From Macrostomum lignano (taxonomy: Eukaryota): a stretch of DNA of 64,000 bases. The translations under genes and the position numbers were made by a program. Below, in pieces: positions 1-18,299 of this stretch (position 1 is its first letter; every line of letters begins with the position of its first letter). Location of the stretch: positions 1,178,001 to 1,242,000 of the forward strand of contig NIVC01000001.1 of assembly GCA_002269645.1 (NCBI GenBank), read 5' to 3'. The notes beneath the pieces were generated by a model. The model worked only from the letters and a program-made list of their open reading frames with translations. It searched no databases and was not told the origin of the DNA.

Positions 1-432
1 GAGCCGTCCGCTCCGCCTGCGCCTCCGCCAGCCTACGACGAAGCGACATCGGCGAGCACGGAGGAAACCGCGCCAGCAGCAGCCAATCAGGACAGTGATC
101 GGCGGAAAGCGTTGCTAACTGCCGGCGGTCTCCTAGCAACCGGCCTGTTGCTAGGGCCAGACTCCGGCTGGTCTTGGGGCTACGGCTGGGGCGGCTCCGG
201 CGCGGTCAGCGGCCCGGTGTTCCAGGATATCGACGAGCGCGAACTGCTGGCCTACTGCCTGCCGGCCAGAGGCCTGCGCGGCATAGCGGGCCCGGCCGGT
301 TGCGGCAACCGGGGCAGCATGAGTCACCGCTACAACCGGGCCTATCAGAGGTTCAATAGCGATTTGGGCAACGATTTGGATCGCTGGGAAGAGGACCAGG
401 TGAATAAATTAGTATATAGACTAGCGCACTAA
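1..432 (+). CDS. 5'-truncated coding exon of unknown protein (PPxY motif, hydrophobic Gly/Trp-rich segment)
   Basis: Frame 1 is open from base 1 to TAA at 430-432 and GC-rich: EPSAPPAPPPAYDE...ALLTAGGLLATGLLLG..WSWGYGWGG. Possible donor CAG|GTGAAT at 399/400 (phase 0) could join the exon at 1052. Confidence 0.6.
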   Translation, partial: EPSAPPAPPPAYDEATSASTEETAPAAANQDSDRRKALLTAGGLLATGLLLGPDSGWSWGYGWGGSGAVSGPVFQDIDERELLAYCLPARGLRGIAGPAGCGNRGSMSHRYNRAYQRFNSDLGNDLDRWEEDQVNKLVYRLAH

Positions 433-534
433 GCCACCCCCATGGGGGCTTAGTAATATTTGATCCAGCAGTTCCAAAACGATTTTCTCATCGCTAGATT
501 TTTTGTATTATTTCGACACATATCGGCTTTATTT

Positions 535-690
535 CTCTAGTTTCATATTTTTTATTCATATCGGCTTAAAAATTTCTCTAGTTTCATACTTTTCGATACA
601 TATCGGCTTTCTTTCTCTAGTTTCATACTTTTCGATACATATCGGCTTTCTTTCTCTAGTTTCATACTTTTCGATACATATCGGCCTAAT
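535..690. repeat. 39-bp tandem repeat, about 4 copies
   Basis: Unit TTCTCTAGTTTCATACTTTTCGATACATATCGGCTTTCT; explains ORFs 503..790 and 556..774. Confidence 0.85.
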
Positions 691-829
691 TTCTCGGCCA
701 GACGGTTCTCGAAAAAAACCCAGACAGACAGTCAGACAGACAAAAATCGCAAAAGTAGTATATAGATATATCATTATATCTGCAAGTTAAGCGGAATCGG
801 CTGTGGTTAGTAATATAATTTCTGGGGCT

Positions 830-985
830 GTGGGCACCCTGGCGCAACGCCATTGGCGAAATCGTCCCACACCCAATTGCTGACTCCTGAGCACATACAT
901 GTACAAGTGCGCGCGGATCTGTACGCTGGCGCGCACTCATACACACGCTCCCACAGCGTGTACAGCGGCCCTGTACTCTCAATTA
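830..985 (-). mobile_element. Partial copy related to the SINE family at 4575 and 40550
   Basis: Shares GCTGACT(T)CC..CTGAGCA and CACAG..GTGTACAGCGGCCCT with those copies; no tRNA head seen. Confidence 0.4.
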
Positions 986-1051
986 TTCAAGTAATTGATA
1001 GGTCAGTATAGAAATCAATCATTTATCAATCACACTGAGTCCACCAATCAG

Positions 1052-1876
1052 CAAGTCAACTCCGAATACCCGTTGGCGCAGGACCGACGCGCTGCCCGGC
1101 GTCGTTCCGACGCCGCTGCCGACGAAGCCGGCCGGGCCACCACCGCCGAGGAGCTCGGCGCTTCCCTGGCCGTCGTTTCGGCAGCTGCCGCCGCCGCCGC
1201 CGGGGCTGAGTACTGCGCCAGCAGCCTGCAAGACTTCTACGATATTGGCGACATCCATGGAGGCTACGGCGTCAACGAACTGGGCGACGCGTCCAACACG
1301 GCGATGCTGATGGCTGCTGCTGCGGCAGCTGACGATGAAGATCAATTCGGACACGAACTGTCGAGTTCGCGCATCGCCGGCGGCTGTTGCCCGGACACGG
1401 AGGCCACCTTCGTTAGCGACGACGCTGCGATGTCGGTGGCGGCGACTGCTGCAGACGTCGATGTCGATGACGCGCTGACAACCGCGGCCCTGATGGCGGC
1501 CGACGAGGATCTTCGCAACGAGCTGGTCTGCAAGGAACTTGACGACCTCCATCTGGCCGCCGTCGACGACATCGACGCTATCGGCGGCCGTGGCGCTGAT
1601 CGGGACGCCGACGACACCGACGACTTGCACCTGCTGTACTCGGAGCACCTGGACGCCAGCGACGGCCACTGCCAGGGTGAGTGTGGCGGCGACCCCTACG
1701 ACTGTCGGGACGCTGCCGCCGAATTCGAGGATCTGCTGCGCGACGAAGAGGACGAATTGGCGGCCGAGAAGCTGGAGGACGAGGTTGACTACTATGACGA
1801 CAGGTACGGCGACGACTACGGCCACGGCGACGACGGATTTGGCGGTGACGATTTTGGACGAGATGACGACTTTTAA
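1052..1876 (+). CDS. Asp/Ala-rich acidic coding exon, unknown protein (possibly last exon of the gene starting before base 1)
   Basis: GC-rich ORF 995..1876. Acceptor CCAATCAG at 1051 is phase 0, matching the donor at 400. Ends YYDDRYGDDYGHGDDGFGGDDFGRDDDF*. Confidence 0.6.
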   Translation, partial: QVNSEYPLAQDRRAARRRSDAAADEAGRATTAEELGASLAVVSAAAAAAAGAEYCASSLQDFYDIGDIHGGYGVNELGDASNTAMLMAAAAAADDEDQFGHELSSSRIAGGCCPDTEATFVSDDAAMSVAATAADVDVDDALTTAALMAADEDLRNELVCKELDDLHLAAVDDIDAIGGRGADRDADDTDDLHLLYSEHLDASDGHCQGECGGDPYDCRDAAAEFEDLLRDEEDELAAEKLEDEVDYYDDRYGDDYGHGDDGFGGDDFGRDDDF

Positions 1877-2004
1877 TTGACAGCGACAGCAGTTTTGAAG
1901 CTCTGGAACTGATTAAACATCTTAACTAATTGGGGTTCATCAACGTTCTCTGCAAATTTGCACTACTGGTTTGCATGGTGTTGATGGCTACTACGGCCTT
2001 CAAG

Positions 2005-2325
2005 ATGTCCTGAGGGTATCTTGTGTTTGTCCTGAGACTTTTTTGAGGCTGTCTGAGGATGTCCTGAGGTTGTCCTGAGGCTGTCTTGAGGATGTCCTGA
2101 GATTGTCCTTAGGCTGTCTGAGGGTGTCCTGAGATTGTCCTGAGGCTGTCTGAGGATGTCCTGAGATTGTCCTGAGGCTGTCTGAGGATGTCCTGAGATT
2201 GTCCTGAGGCTGTCTGAGGATGTCCTGAGATTGTCCTGAGGCTGTCTGAGGATGTCCTGAGATTGTCCTGAGAATGTCCTGAGGCTGTCCTGAGGATGTC
2301 CTGAGAATGTCCTGAGGATGTCCTT
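2005..2325. repeat. 32-bp minisatellite
   Basis: Unit CTGAGGATGTCCTGAGATTGTCCTGAGGCTGT. Confidence 0.9.
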
Positions 2326-3294
2326 GGCCTGAAAGCCAACAGGAATAATATGACTATTATCTACTATTAGTAGTTTAACTTTTCAGATAAATTTGAATTT
2401 TTTATTTCTTTTTAACGTCAGCAGTAATCCGCGTCCGTGTTGTCGCTTTCAGTTGTCTATATTGTGTCTTTTTTTCCAATTTGCTGCTTCCACGTTGTGT
2501 CTTTGTTCAGCTGAACTTTTGAAAACGCTTCCTTTGTGTCTTTGTAGCGGGGATTAAAAAAATTTTTTTTGTGCGGTGTTGAACTGATCTAGTCTCATTT
2601 TTTATATTCTATGATTATTGCATTACAATACATGATTATTGCATTACATTACATGATTATTACATCTATCTATAGAGACTCAAGAGAGGCAGTTAAGAAA
2701 TTCGAAATTGAAAACTGAATAAAATCAAATTAAGTACCAACATCTCTGCCCCTGCTGACTCGATGATTACAGATTATGCTCATTTTTACTTTTCATAATA
2801 TTAGTATTATATATTGTGTATTATAACACAAATATGTATATTCTGTTAACAATGTTCTCAATCTTTATTAGTCTCTCTCTGTGTTTACTGCTGCCTTATA
2901 CATACTCTGTACATATTCTATGTCTTTAACTATATATATGCCTATTTTTATTATTTAAAAAATGTCGCTTTCTCTATTAAAATCATTTCCTAGCCGCTGT
3001 TGTTGTTTTCGTCATTTTTTAATTTTCTAAAGCCAATTTATATTGTGTTTAAGTTTGTCTCTGTCGGTCAGCAGTTTATTCATATTTTTGCATATAAACA
3101 TCATTGTTCTAACTTATGTGACAGTATTATTTTTTTACTTTCTATTATTATATATCTAGTCCTAGCTAGTGACTTTTTTGTTTGTATTTTATACTACCAG
3201 CTCCTTGCCTTGCGTAGGTTTATTGATCCAGGGTTCACTGAAGTCCTCACTGGTTGATTTTTGTTGAGTTTTAATACCGAATTCGAGTTATGAA

Positions 3295-3545
3295 AATCCC
3301 CATTTTTTCCAATTGTAAAATCTTAATTCTTCCTACCGAAAAAATCCCCATTTTTCCACTGTAAAATCCCAATTATTCCCACTGTAACATCCCAAATATT
3401 CCAACTGTAAAATCCCAAATATTCCCACTGTAAAATCCCACTGCCACATCCCAATTATTGTTACTGTAAGATCCCAATTATTCCCACTGTATAATCCCAA
3501 TGATTCCTACTGCAGAGTCCCAATTGTTCCTACTGTAAAATTCCA
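3295..3545. repeat. Degenerate ~24-bp tandem repeat
   Basis: Recurrent TTCCCACTGTAAAATCCCAATTAT. Confidence 0.7.
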
Positions 3546-4097
3546 ATCCTTCATTGAACGGGGTCGCAAGTAACAAACCTTGCTAAATCATATTTTCCAA
3601 GTTTGCATCTTGTTTGCACAAAAATGAAAGAATTCCAATTTGTTTAGTTGGATTTTTAGCAGTGCGATAGTGTCTATGCTTACCCATATCATATTTCAGA
3701 CAAGAAAGATTTTATCAGGCAGATATTACAGTTGAATCAAAACCTTCTTAAAGCTTTTTAAAGCAAGCATTGCAATGTTAATAAAGATGCATATTTTTAC
3801 TATATTTGTAATTATTTTGTGTCAATTTCTATTTAACTGTCTTTTTTCTGTTTCTATTTGCACCTTTTTTGCACAAAGTAGATTTTTCTACTGTCGTTTA
3901 ATATTCTAATGTATTTTTTGAGTACAGCCATTGCACAGGACCATGCTCTTATATGCTTTTTAACAATATATATAGTTGGATAATTAGGTATACAATACAA
4001 TATTATATAATTATTTTGTTGAGACTTGTAGTTTAATTTTATTCATCAAAACCTGATTGATAGATGAAGCTCATGAAGACAAGTAGCTTTGAACACT

Positions 4098-4517
4098 CTG
4101 TACAGGAAGGGCTGTGGTCTAGCTGTACAGGAAGGGCTGTGGTCTAGCTGTACAGGAAGGGCTGTGGTCTAGCTGTACAGGAAGGGCTGTGGTCTAGCTG
4201 TACAGGAAGGGCTGTGGTCTAGCTGTACAGGAAGGGCTGTGGTCTAGCTGTACAGGAAGGGCTGTGGTCTAGCTGTACAGGAAGGGCTGTGGTCTAGCTG
4301 TACAGGAAGGGCTGTGGTCTAGCTGTACAGGAAGGGCTGTGGTCTAGCTGTACAGGAAGGGCTGTGGTCTAGCTGTACAGGAAGGGCTGTGGTCTAGCTG
4401 TACAGGAAGGGCTGTGGTCTAGCTGTACAGGAAGGGCTGTGGTCTAGCTGTACAGGAAGGGCTGTGGTCTAGCTGTACAGGAAGGGCTGTGGTCTAGCTG
4501 TACAGGAAGGGCTGTGG
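4098..4517. repeat. Perfect 25-bp minisatellite, about 17 copies
   Basis: Unit TGTACAGGAAGGGCTGTGGTCTAGC. Confidence 0.95.
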
Positions 4518-4574
4518 TATTAGGCACCGCTCTTGGCTCCTTTCCATCATTATGAATACCCAAATATATCAATC

Positions 4575-4838
4575 TTATAGGCATTGCTGCCCATACCGCT
4601 GACTTCCCTGAGCAGGCACACAAGCGCACAGGCACATACTCACACAGGAGTGTACAGCGGCCCTAACTTTATTTATCGTACACTTCACTGTGCCTTGGGG
4701 GTTGGCCTTCAAAGGCATTAATTGCACGAGCAGAGCCAAGCCGAGATTCCAATTCAGCCCCAAATTAATGTGACTGCACTTGGAATCGAGCCTGGGCCGC
4801 TGGCACATGAGAGCGTTGCGCTAGACCACAAGGTTACC
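4575..4838 (-). mobile_element. tRNA-derived SINE, family A
   Basis: Minus strand starts GGTAACCTTGTGGTCTAGCGC...GGCTCGATTCC (A and B boxes). Body is nearly colinear with 40595-40905. Confidence 0.75.
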
Positions 4839-5215
4839 AACCCAAAGCTTTGGTTGTTGAGGTTAGAGTTAGGGTTTAGATTAGAGCAAAGATTTAGGGT
4901 ATGGTTTAGGAGTATGTTTAGGTCATGTTTAGGTTAAGGTTTCAGTTTGTCAGTTAATTCGTAGCAGTCGAAATAGCAGTAGCAGTAGCAACTGCAGAGT
5001 CTCTGATTCTCATTTGATGCAGTTCTGTTGGAGGTTGAGAAAGCAATTTAGTCCTCGACACATGCGCTGTTTAGCATTGTTGGGTAGCGAATCTCTGTAA
5101 CCATGGAAACCGACATTGACTGCATGCCAAGCTAACTCCGGTCGGCCCGAGGTGGCAGCCACTGACGCCTGTTTTTGGTGCATCTCTCTGCCGCTGACTT
5201 CCCAGCCGCCAGCTG

Positions 5216-11237
<6,022 letters not shown>

Positions 11238-11799
11238 TTGATTGACTGACTTTGGCTTAATGGTTGATCGATTGATTGATTGATTAATTGGTTAATAGAA
11301 TTACAGATTTTCTGGTAGATTAGTGAATATTGATTGTCTTGTTGGTTGTTTTAAGTCAGTTTAATTACTGTCTGTCTGGTTGGTTAAATAGACTGTTCAA
11401 CTTGTGTGATCGATCGGTTGCTTAGTTGGTTTGTTTATTCAATAATTAGCAGATCCATTGCGAAGCTGACTAATTAGGATAAGATCGTTAAGCAATCGAT
11501 AATGAATTATTGAGTGGAGTTCGACAATGATGGTATTGTTGTTTGGTTTTCTGATGTATCAATTTCATTGTGATATTTTCATATTACATATATTTTGTTG
11601 CCGTTAAGTCCATTTGTTTGTTCAATCACCTGTGTCTGGCTAATCTCAATCTGAGTTCCTACTTGTCTAATTGCTTTACTTGCATGCATGTACGAGCGTA
11701 TTTATGTGTGGCACATTTGCATGTAAGCTACTTTCAGTTAAGTAGAAAGTTAAATAGGAAGCATTTTAATGTATTTTGGGACAGAACTCAATTATTTGA

Positions 11800-12185
11800 C
11801 CCCCTACCCCGTAGCTTGGCCCTCCGACCGCGTCTTTCCATACAAATCCTCTCTAACCCCACCCCGCCGCCCAATTTTTATTGCCTTCCTCTGTATTCCG
11901 CTTAAAGCTGCCATGTACATTTAGACAGACTCGTTACCCCCCCCCACTAGCTGAACGCCTCCGACTGCGTCTCCTCGCATCTTTCCACACAAAACCTCTA
12001 CCCCCGCCCCGCCGCCCAATTTTTATTGCCTTCCTCTGTATTCCGCTTAAAGCTGCCATGTACATTTAGACAGACTCGTTACCCCCCCCCCACACTAGCT
12101 GAACGCCTCCGACTGCGTCTCCTCGCATCTTTCCACACAAAACCTCTACCCCCACCCCGCCGCCCAATTTTTATTGCCTTTCTCG
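11800..12185. repeat. ~125-bp direct repeat, about 3 copies
   Basis: CCGCCGCCCAATTTTTATTGCCTT recurs near 11865, 12010 and 12160. Confidence 0.8.
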
Positions 12186-12861
12186 ACGTACATTTCTAGT
12201 GGCGCTGGCTAATGTACATTACGGCTGCACCAATCACGAGTTGTTAAAATCATCCACAAGTGGTTTTCTTCTCGTGAAATAGCTTACGCTTGCTTCCTTG
12301 CTACTAAACTGAAAGTAGAGAAACTTTTCTATCAGAAAATACGCCAGTTATTATAGAATCTGTGATGCGGATTTTGGAACGGAATTATTGTTATTATATA
12401 TTAGTTTTATCGCAGTATCGTTAATTATAATATCTGTTATGCTTTGCGATCTCTTTCCCACCATTAGTTTTCCGTTGACTGATTACCGCCAATTAAAACT
12501 CTTGTGTGTAGCATTGGCAACGATACTCGTAGTTATATTCAGTAGTACATGGATGTACTTTTATTTGGTATTGTGATTGTTTTTTGAACAATTAATTTAT
12601 AATTCGCCTAAGTGAATTTAGTGAAGCACCGGCTTCTGTGTACATTTATTCTACGAGACGTCTGGTAAAGATTTGCCTGTATGAATATGATGGCGTGGAA
12701 ACTTAATAATGATAATTTTAAAGTTTTTGGTGGCAATTAACTCTGTTTTGGTTATTTTCTTTGAATAGTGTCCAGAAAATTGTATTTAGGTAGACTATTG
12801 GAGGTTGCTCACACAAACTTTAAACTATCCGCAAAACTTTTCTCTTATTTTATACGCATGA

Positions 12862-13515
12862 GCTAGATTAGCAATCCATTCTAGATTAGCAATCCCTTCT
12901 AGATTAGCAATCCATTCTAGATTAGCAATCCCTTCTAGATTAGCAATCCATTCTAGATTAGCAATCCATTCTAGATTAGCAATCCCTTCTAGATTAGCAA
13001 TCCATTCTAGATTAGCAATCCATTCTAGATTAGCAATCCCTTCTAGATTAGCAATCCATTCTAGATTAGCAATCCATTCTAGATTAGCAATCCCTTCTAG
13101 ATTAGCAATCCATTCTAGATTAGCAATCCCTTCTAGATTAGCAATCCATTCTAGATTAGCAATCCATTCTAGATTAGCAATCCCTTCTAGATTAGCAATC
13201 CATACTAGATTAGCAATCCATTCTAGATTAGCAATCCCTTCTAGATTAGCAATCCATTCTAGATTAGCAATCCCTTCTAGATTAGCAATCCATTCTAGAT
13301 TAGCAATCCATTCTAGATTAGCAATCCCTTCTAGATTAGCAATCCATTCTAGATTAGCAATCCCTTCTAGATTAGCAATCCATTCTAGATTAGCAATCCA
13401 TTCTATTCCTGCATTCTTGTGGGCTAGATTAGCAATCCATTCTATTCCTGCATTCTTGTGGGCTAGATTAGCAATCCATTCTATTCCTGCATTCTTGTGG
13501 GCTAGATTAGCAATT
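12862..13515. repeat. 18-bp satellite changing into the 39-bp satellite
   Basis: CTAGATTAGCAATCC(A/C)TT repeats. From about 13385 the unit gains CTATTCCTGCATTCTTGTGGG. Confidence 0.95.
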
Positions 13516-15121
13516 TTTGGAGTTTAAGGGGTCTTTTAGCTAGAATATTTGTTAGTTATGAAAATCTATTACTGTTTCATTTAAGCTTTATAACTTTTCA
13601 CTCCGTGAGATTTAAGTGTCCCCATTTTGTTGTTATTAAGGCACTCCAGTTCTAATTTTATATACTCGTATGATTGAAGCTTAGCAACAATCTATGCGAA
13701 TGATAAATATGAATCACAGTCGAATGACTTCGCCAATCCTACGTTGGGGTTAACTTTCTTAAGTAGTAGTTAGTTCTAAGTCTAGTTATGGGAAGCTGGT
13801 TTTCCTAGCTTTTTCCCTTAAACTAGCAGTGGGGGGTTAATCTGGTTAGATTTTTCTACATTAAATTATAATGCCTTTGCCCAGCTGTCGCGAACCCTGT
13901 CTCTGTCAGCATATCAGATTAAAGCAGCTAAGTGGAAAATGACAGGTGTTTATCTAGGATATTTAGCCTCTTATTTTTCTCTGATGGGGCTGTTACTGAC
14001 GGGAACGAAGGGTTATTAGTTCCTGAGATTTGAGCTTTGATCTTTGCTCGCGTTCGGGAATGAGAACTGATGACGATCGGCCAGTACTCTAGCAGTAATC
14101 TGATGTTGAAGATCTTCTCGTGTCGAGTAACCTTCGGAGCAAGGATATTCCAGTGTCAGATCTGTGTAGATTCTCAACTTTATTCGAATATTTTAGCCTA
14201 ATAAGATATTATATATTAAATATCCGGTTTTCCCTGTTCGTAAACTTTTTTCTAATCTATATCTGAACCTAATAACACAAATATTGGTGTCAATGGTAGA
14301 CGTCATGCCTGTTTAAAGGACGCCAATATTGGTGTCAACAGAGACGCCATGCTTGGTTATGGACGCCAATTGTGGTGTCAAAAGCTTCATTCTTGATTAT
14401 AGACGTCAATACAGACAGTCTTGAATGGTCCTAAGTGACGTTAAATTAGGTAGCGCCTCAAATGCTATCAGTGGAAAACTGACTGATCAATGAAAGAACG
14501 GTGAATTTGCTTAATGTGAAGCTGTAGTGCAGGTGTAATCGTATATTAGAATCGTGATTTGCAATCATCAATTTGCTACCAAGCGTGCATCGAATCGCGA
14601 GATTAGTAAAAAGAATAACGAAGTACTGACTAACATTGAAAACAAAAAAATATCTGCTCATTATTTGAGAGAATTTGCGATCAAAAATGTGAACTATCGA
14701 GATGATGTGAAGATACAGGTAGTAGTTAACACTATTTTGTCCGTGATGGTATAGTGAAAAGCTCAAAATTGAGATAAATAATCATCTTAATGAGCGTAGT
14801 AAACAACGCTCTTTGCGAAATGTTAATGACTTAAAATATAGTGAGGTCGGGCAAAGTGCTCTGGTCCAAAGTGACTAAATTTAACGGTTGTAGAAGAAAA
14901 AGCTCGTCAATTTTGTGCCATCTAGAGCAGCTGTTAGGTGTTGTGTTTGAGAGACAACGAGACTTCTGCTTTTAGCTCGTAGCATAATGCGCAACAAACA
15001 CTGTCCTGTCGGAACTTTTAAGTCGATTTTTAAGTTAAGCTTTAGCACACTATTGCTATCGACGAATGAATCTGGTGCATAAACAGTAAATATTCTCTGC
15101 TGTCATTGCTGCGAGAATAGT

Positions 15122-16381
15122 TTATACGGCGCTTTCGCAACGCCCTAACGACTGCAGTCTGATAACATTGGCGCCATGTCCTACAGCGTGCATTCGTCGC
15201 CTACCACCAACGCTGGCCGTGGCGCTAGCGGTGCCGCCGGTGACTCCACCGCCAGCGCCGCCGTTCACTCCTGCGCCTCCTTGGCAACGAAAGGTGCAGA
15301 TAATAATCTTGCGAAACTTCGGGCAGGACATGAAAAGATAGATCGGATTCACGGCGCAGTTGGACAGGGCTAGGCAGCTTATCGCGTCCTCAATCAGTAT
15401 AAACACGGAGGTGTCCACTCCGGTAGACAAGGCAGCCACCAGTCCGAACGATTCGCCATTAATAAGAGCCATTATGTTCCGAATCTGCATGGTCAGATGA
15501 TGCGGCAGCCAGGAGACGGCGAATATGCTAGCCATTGTGACGCCGAGGCGCATAATCTTCTTAGTGCGATTAACCGCCGCGTTGTTGTTAAACTGCACCA
15601 GCTGGGAGTTCACCTCACGTACAGTTCGGATTATCTTCGCGTAGCTATAGATTATTATGCTCAAGGGCAAGACGTACAGCAGCATAATGCTGACTGCATC
15701 ATACACTACGGCCATTAAGCGACTATTCATATTCTGCAGGCACATCTGCGTCAGCTGGGTAGCATTGGTGAGTGGCGCAAATGAGAATGACATTAGGCTG
15801 CTTACATCGGTAACGCGAGAGAACTTAGCTACAGGTGAGCCAAATGAGATTGCTACCAGCCAAACTACCAGAATCATCTTGCAGGAGGTTGTTCGCGAAG
15901 CCTTGCTGTTGCTGGCTAGTCGGTTTGCGCTGATACCGATGGAGCGCTCCAGAATCATTGCCGTGTGATTAAAAATGCTGGCCGCAGCTGTTGACACCAT
16001 GGCCGTTTCAACTAGTCGGCAGAGTCCTTCTCCCAGCGTCCAGTGGGTAGATACAATTTTCTGACTGGCTCCCGGTATGCAGATTGCAGTCATGAGCAGG
16101 TCCGTAAACACCAGGTTTAGTAGAAAGTATTTTTCAGAAACCCGATGCGATTTGAGTACAGCTAATAGAAGCAAACCGTTGCTAACCAGCGAGGTGGCGC
16201 CGATGACTGCGTATAGAACCAGCATCACGATGCGCCCCACCGAGATCTCTTGCACTGTGACAGTCTTGATGAAGGCCTCGACACGAAGACTGTCGTTAGC
16301 AGTCATGGTCATTAATAATTCTTCGACGCTAATCGACATGCTTGTGTGCGGTTTATTCAGTGCGGCTCGAGTAGTCAGCAT
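15122..16381 (-). CDS. Intronless rhodopsin-class (peptide-receptor-like) GPCR
   Basis: 419-aa ATG ORF with 7 hydrophobic segments: SN (TM1), LNLVFTDLL (TM2), WTLGEGLC, LERS (DRY site), W..P (TM4), YVLP (TM5), FAVSWLPHH (TM6), SNCAVNPIY (TM7). Confidence 0.92.
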   Translation of the reverse strand: MLTTRAALNKPHTSMSISVEELLMTMTANDSLRVEAFIKTVTVQEISVGRIVMLVLYAVIGATSLVSNGLLLLAVLKSHRVSEKYFLLNLVFTDLLMTAICIPGASQKIVSTHWTLGEGLCRLVETAMVSTAAASIFNHTAMILERSIGISANRLASNSKASRTTSCKMILVVWLVAISFGSPVAKFSRVTDVSSLMSFSFAPLTNATQLTQMCLQNMNSRLMAVVYDAVSIMLLYVLPLSIIIYSYAKIIRTVREVNSQLVQFNNNAAVNRTKKIMRLGVTMASIFAVSWLPHHLTMQIRNIMALINGESFGLVAALSTGVDTSVFILIEDAISCLALSNCAVNPIYLFMSCPKFRKIIICTFRCQGGAGVNGGAGGGVTGGTASATASVGGRRRMHAVGHGANVIRLQSLGRCESAV

Positions 16382-17930
16382 TCCCTGCTTACTGCACCGA
16401 AGAAACGAAACGTCTCCTCTTTATCAATTTTCCTTTCTCAACTGAGCTGTTGCTAAGATCACGTCAACCAATCAGGTGTCTTGTATAGGAATATACCTCT
16501 TTTTCGTCTAATACAGTCGAAAGATGGCTTCGGATACAAAATCAACTCCTTGCGCGTTAATTAAAAAACGTAGAAGGTATATTTTCTGCTTTTTAGCCAT
16601 ATCAATCGTTGAGATATTCTTCTCTTTAAGTTTCTCATTTTATCTCATTTTGACAGCAATCTTGTCAGGACTACAAAATTCAATTTAAAAAACGATTTTT
16701 CTGCTTAGCTTAGCTACGAATCCAGAATGAACAAGTTGTGAAAGAAGCGTTTTCTATAGCCAGCTGCGTTTCTTTTTCGGAAGTGAAAAAATATCCTGTG
16801 CCTGCTAAGTGAATCTTTCCAAGCAGCCGAAGAATTTTGTCGGGTCTGCTTTTAGTTTCTATGGCGCGTGCATATATATGCACATACTTTTTGTTTATTC
16901 CATTCGCCTAGATTTGCTCTGGAACTGTCCGAAGTTATAGTTTTTTGCTTGGCCTTGGGCCCTTCGTTTCATCTGTTTGAGTGCAGCGTTTTTTGGCAGT
17001 TGGGCAGTCAAATTGCAGGGTCTGCTCCCGAGGGGTCTCTTAGAATTAAAGTGACATGTTCAGACATAGGGTGTATGTATCGAGATAGAATTTCTGCAAG
17101 AGACTGAATAAGAAAGACGGGCGGATGATAAGATGAAGCTGAGGCAGCGAAGAAATTCACCCAGAAGAACTCCCTCGGAGCATTAATATGCCGTTGACAG
17201 TCAAATAGCTCAAGGGCAAAGAACTGCTCTGGCCAAGAGAAAACAGATTCTTCTTGTCCCGTTCGTCTCGACTTGCCAAATTAGTTTTGTTTTACAACTC
17301 TGTAAGCACCATCAGCACACAGTGGGTTGTCTTTGTATTTGCTTGTTCTTTCCGTCTTCTTCCGGACTTTTTTTCTGATCCTCCGTGCCGTCCTAAGCAC
17401 TGTTGGTTATGAAAACGAGTGGCTGACATTTTGCCTGTGCAACTCCCACAAATGAATCTGAAATGACGGCTGAGGCTCCGCCTTTAGCTTTCTCCCTCCA
17501 TCCCTCCTTCCTTTCTTACTTTCTTGCCTACTTACTTACTTATTTACTTGAGTTACTTGTGTACCTCTTAATTACTTTATTTTTAGCTTTCGAATTAACA
17601 AAATAGCCAAAGACAGCTTTTTTTGTCTAAAATTCATGTGGATAGAGTTCTATGATACACTTTTCCCTTCTGCTGCCTCTCTTCTGTTTTTTGTTCCTTT
17701 TGATCTTTGCTGCTCATGGCCCAGTGGAGATCCAACTTACGACTTAGTTGCACCGCAGCTGCCGAGCAAATCCTGCAGCAAAACATATTTTAAAGCTACT
17801 AAACATTTTCCTGATCGATCGAGCGTGTTAACACTTTGTTTTTTATAGACAGCTGTAAATGCGGATGACCCTGTGTTCATAGGCTTGCTCCCAGGGGGGG
17901 GGGGGTCAAACCCACCGATACTAAAATATC

Positions 17931-18299
17931 TAGATGGGCCACCCAGGCATATATACTTAGTAAAACAGCTTTCTACTTTCAGTTCAGTAGCAGAGAAGAA
18001 TACATAAGCTGTTTTATAAAAAATTAAAGGCAGATAAAATGACTTTGATCAGTTTAGAAGCCAAGCTATGTACAAATGTACATAGCTCGTACCAGCTTTG
18101 GGCTGGAATTCCAAAGAAAGGCAATCAAAATGGGAGCAGGGCGGGCGGGGAGTTCTGTGAAAAGGCGGTTGGAGGGTTTATGCTGGGGGTAAGAGCCAGT
18201 AAATAAGCATTGGCTTTAAAAATACGTTAAAATGCTTCTGTTTAACTTACTACTAAACTGAAAGTAGCTTGCACGCAAATGTGCTGTGTAGCCCATCTA
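17931..18299. mobile_element. MITE-like element, copy 1
   Basis: Imperfect TIRs TAGATGGGC...CTACTTTCAGTTCAGTAG and CTACTAAACTGAAAGTAG...GCCCATCTA. Second copy at 59277-59681; fragment near 12290-12340. Confidence 0.7.

Noticed and set aside
1019-1825. Antisense/shadow ORFs over GC-rich exons (also 6344-7004, 21985-22626, 43523-44017)
   Set aside because: Expected by-products of GC-rich codon usage on the coding strand.
4098-4517. Regular repeat arrays (also 54765-56537, 61432-62265) as CRISPR
   Set aside because: Units are contiguous with no unique spacers, there are no cas genes, and the context is eukaryotic.
4845-4940. Telomere-like TTAGGG tract (also TAGGGTT in 61432-62265)
   Set aside because: Highly degenerate, with no run of canonical units.
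14554-14754. Small ORFs at 14554-14754, 18966-19226, 50855-51146 and 51790-51924 as genes
   Set aside because: No recognisable domains or consistent multi-exon model; possibly transposon debris.
15122-16381. GPCR as the cognate receptor of the nearby GnRH-like precursor
   Set aside because: 37 kb apart with no diagnostic GnRH/corazonin-receptor motifs recognised; linkage alone is not evidence.
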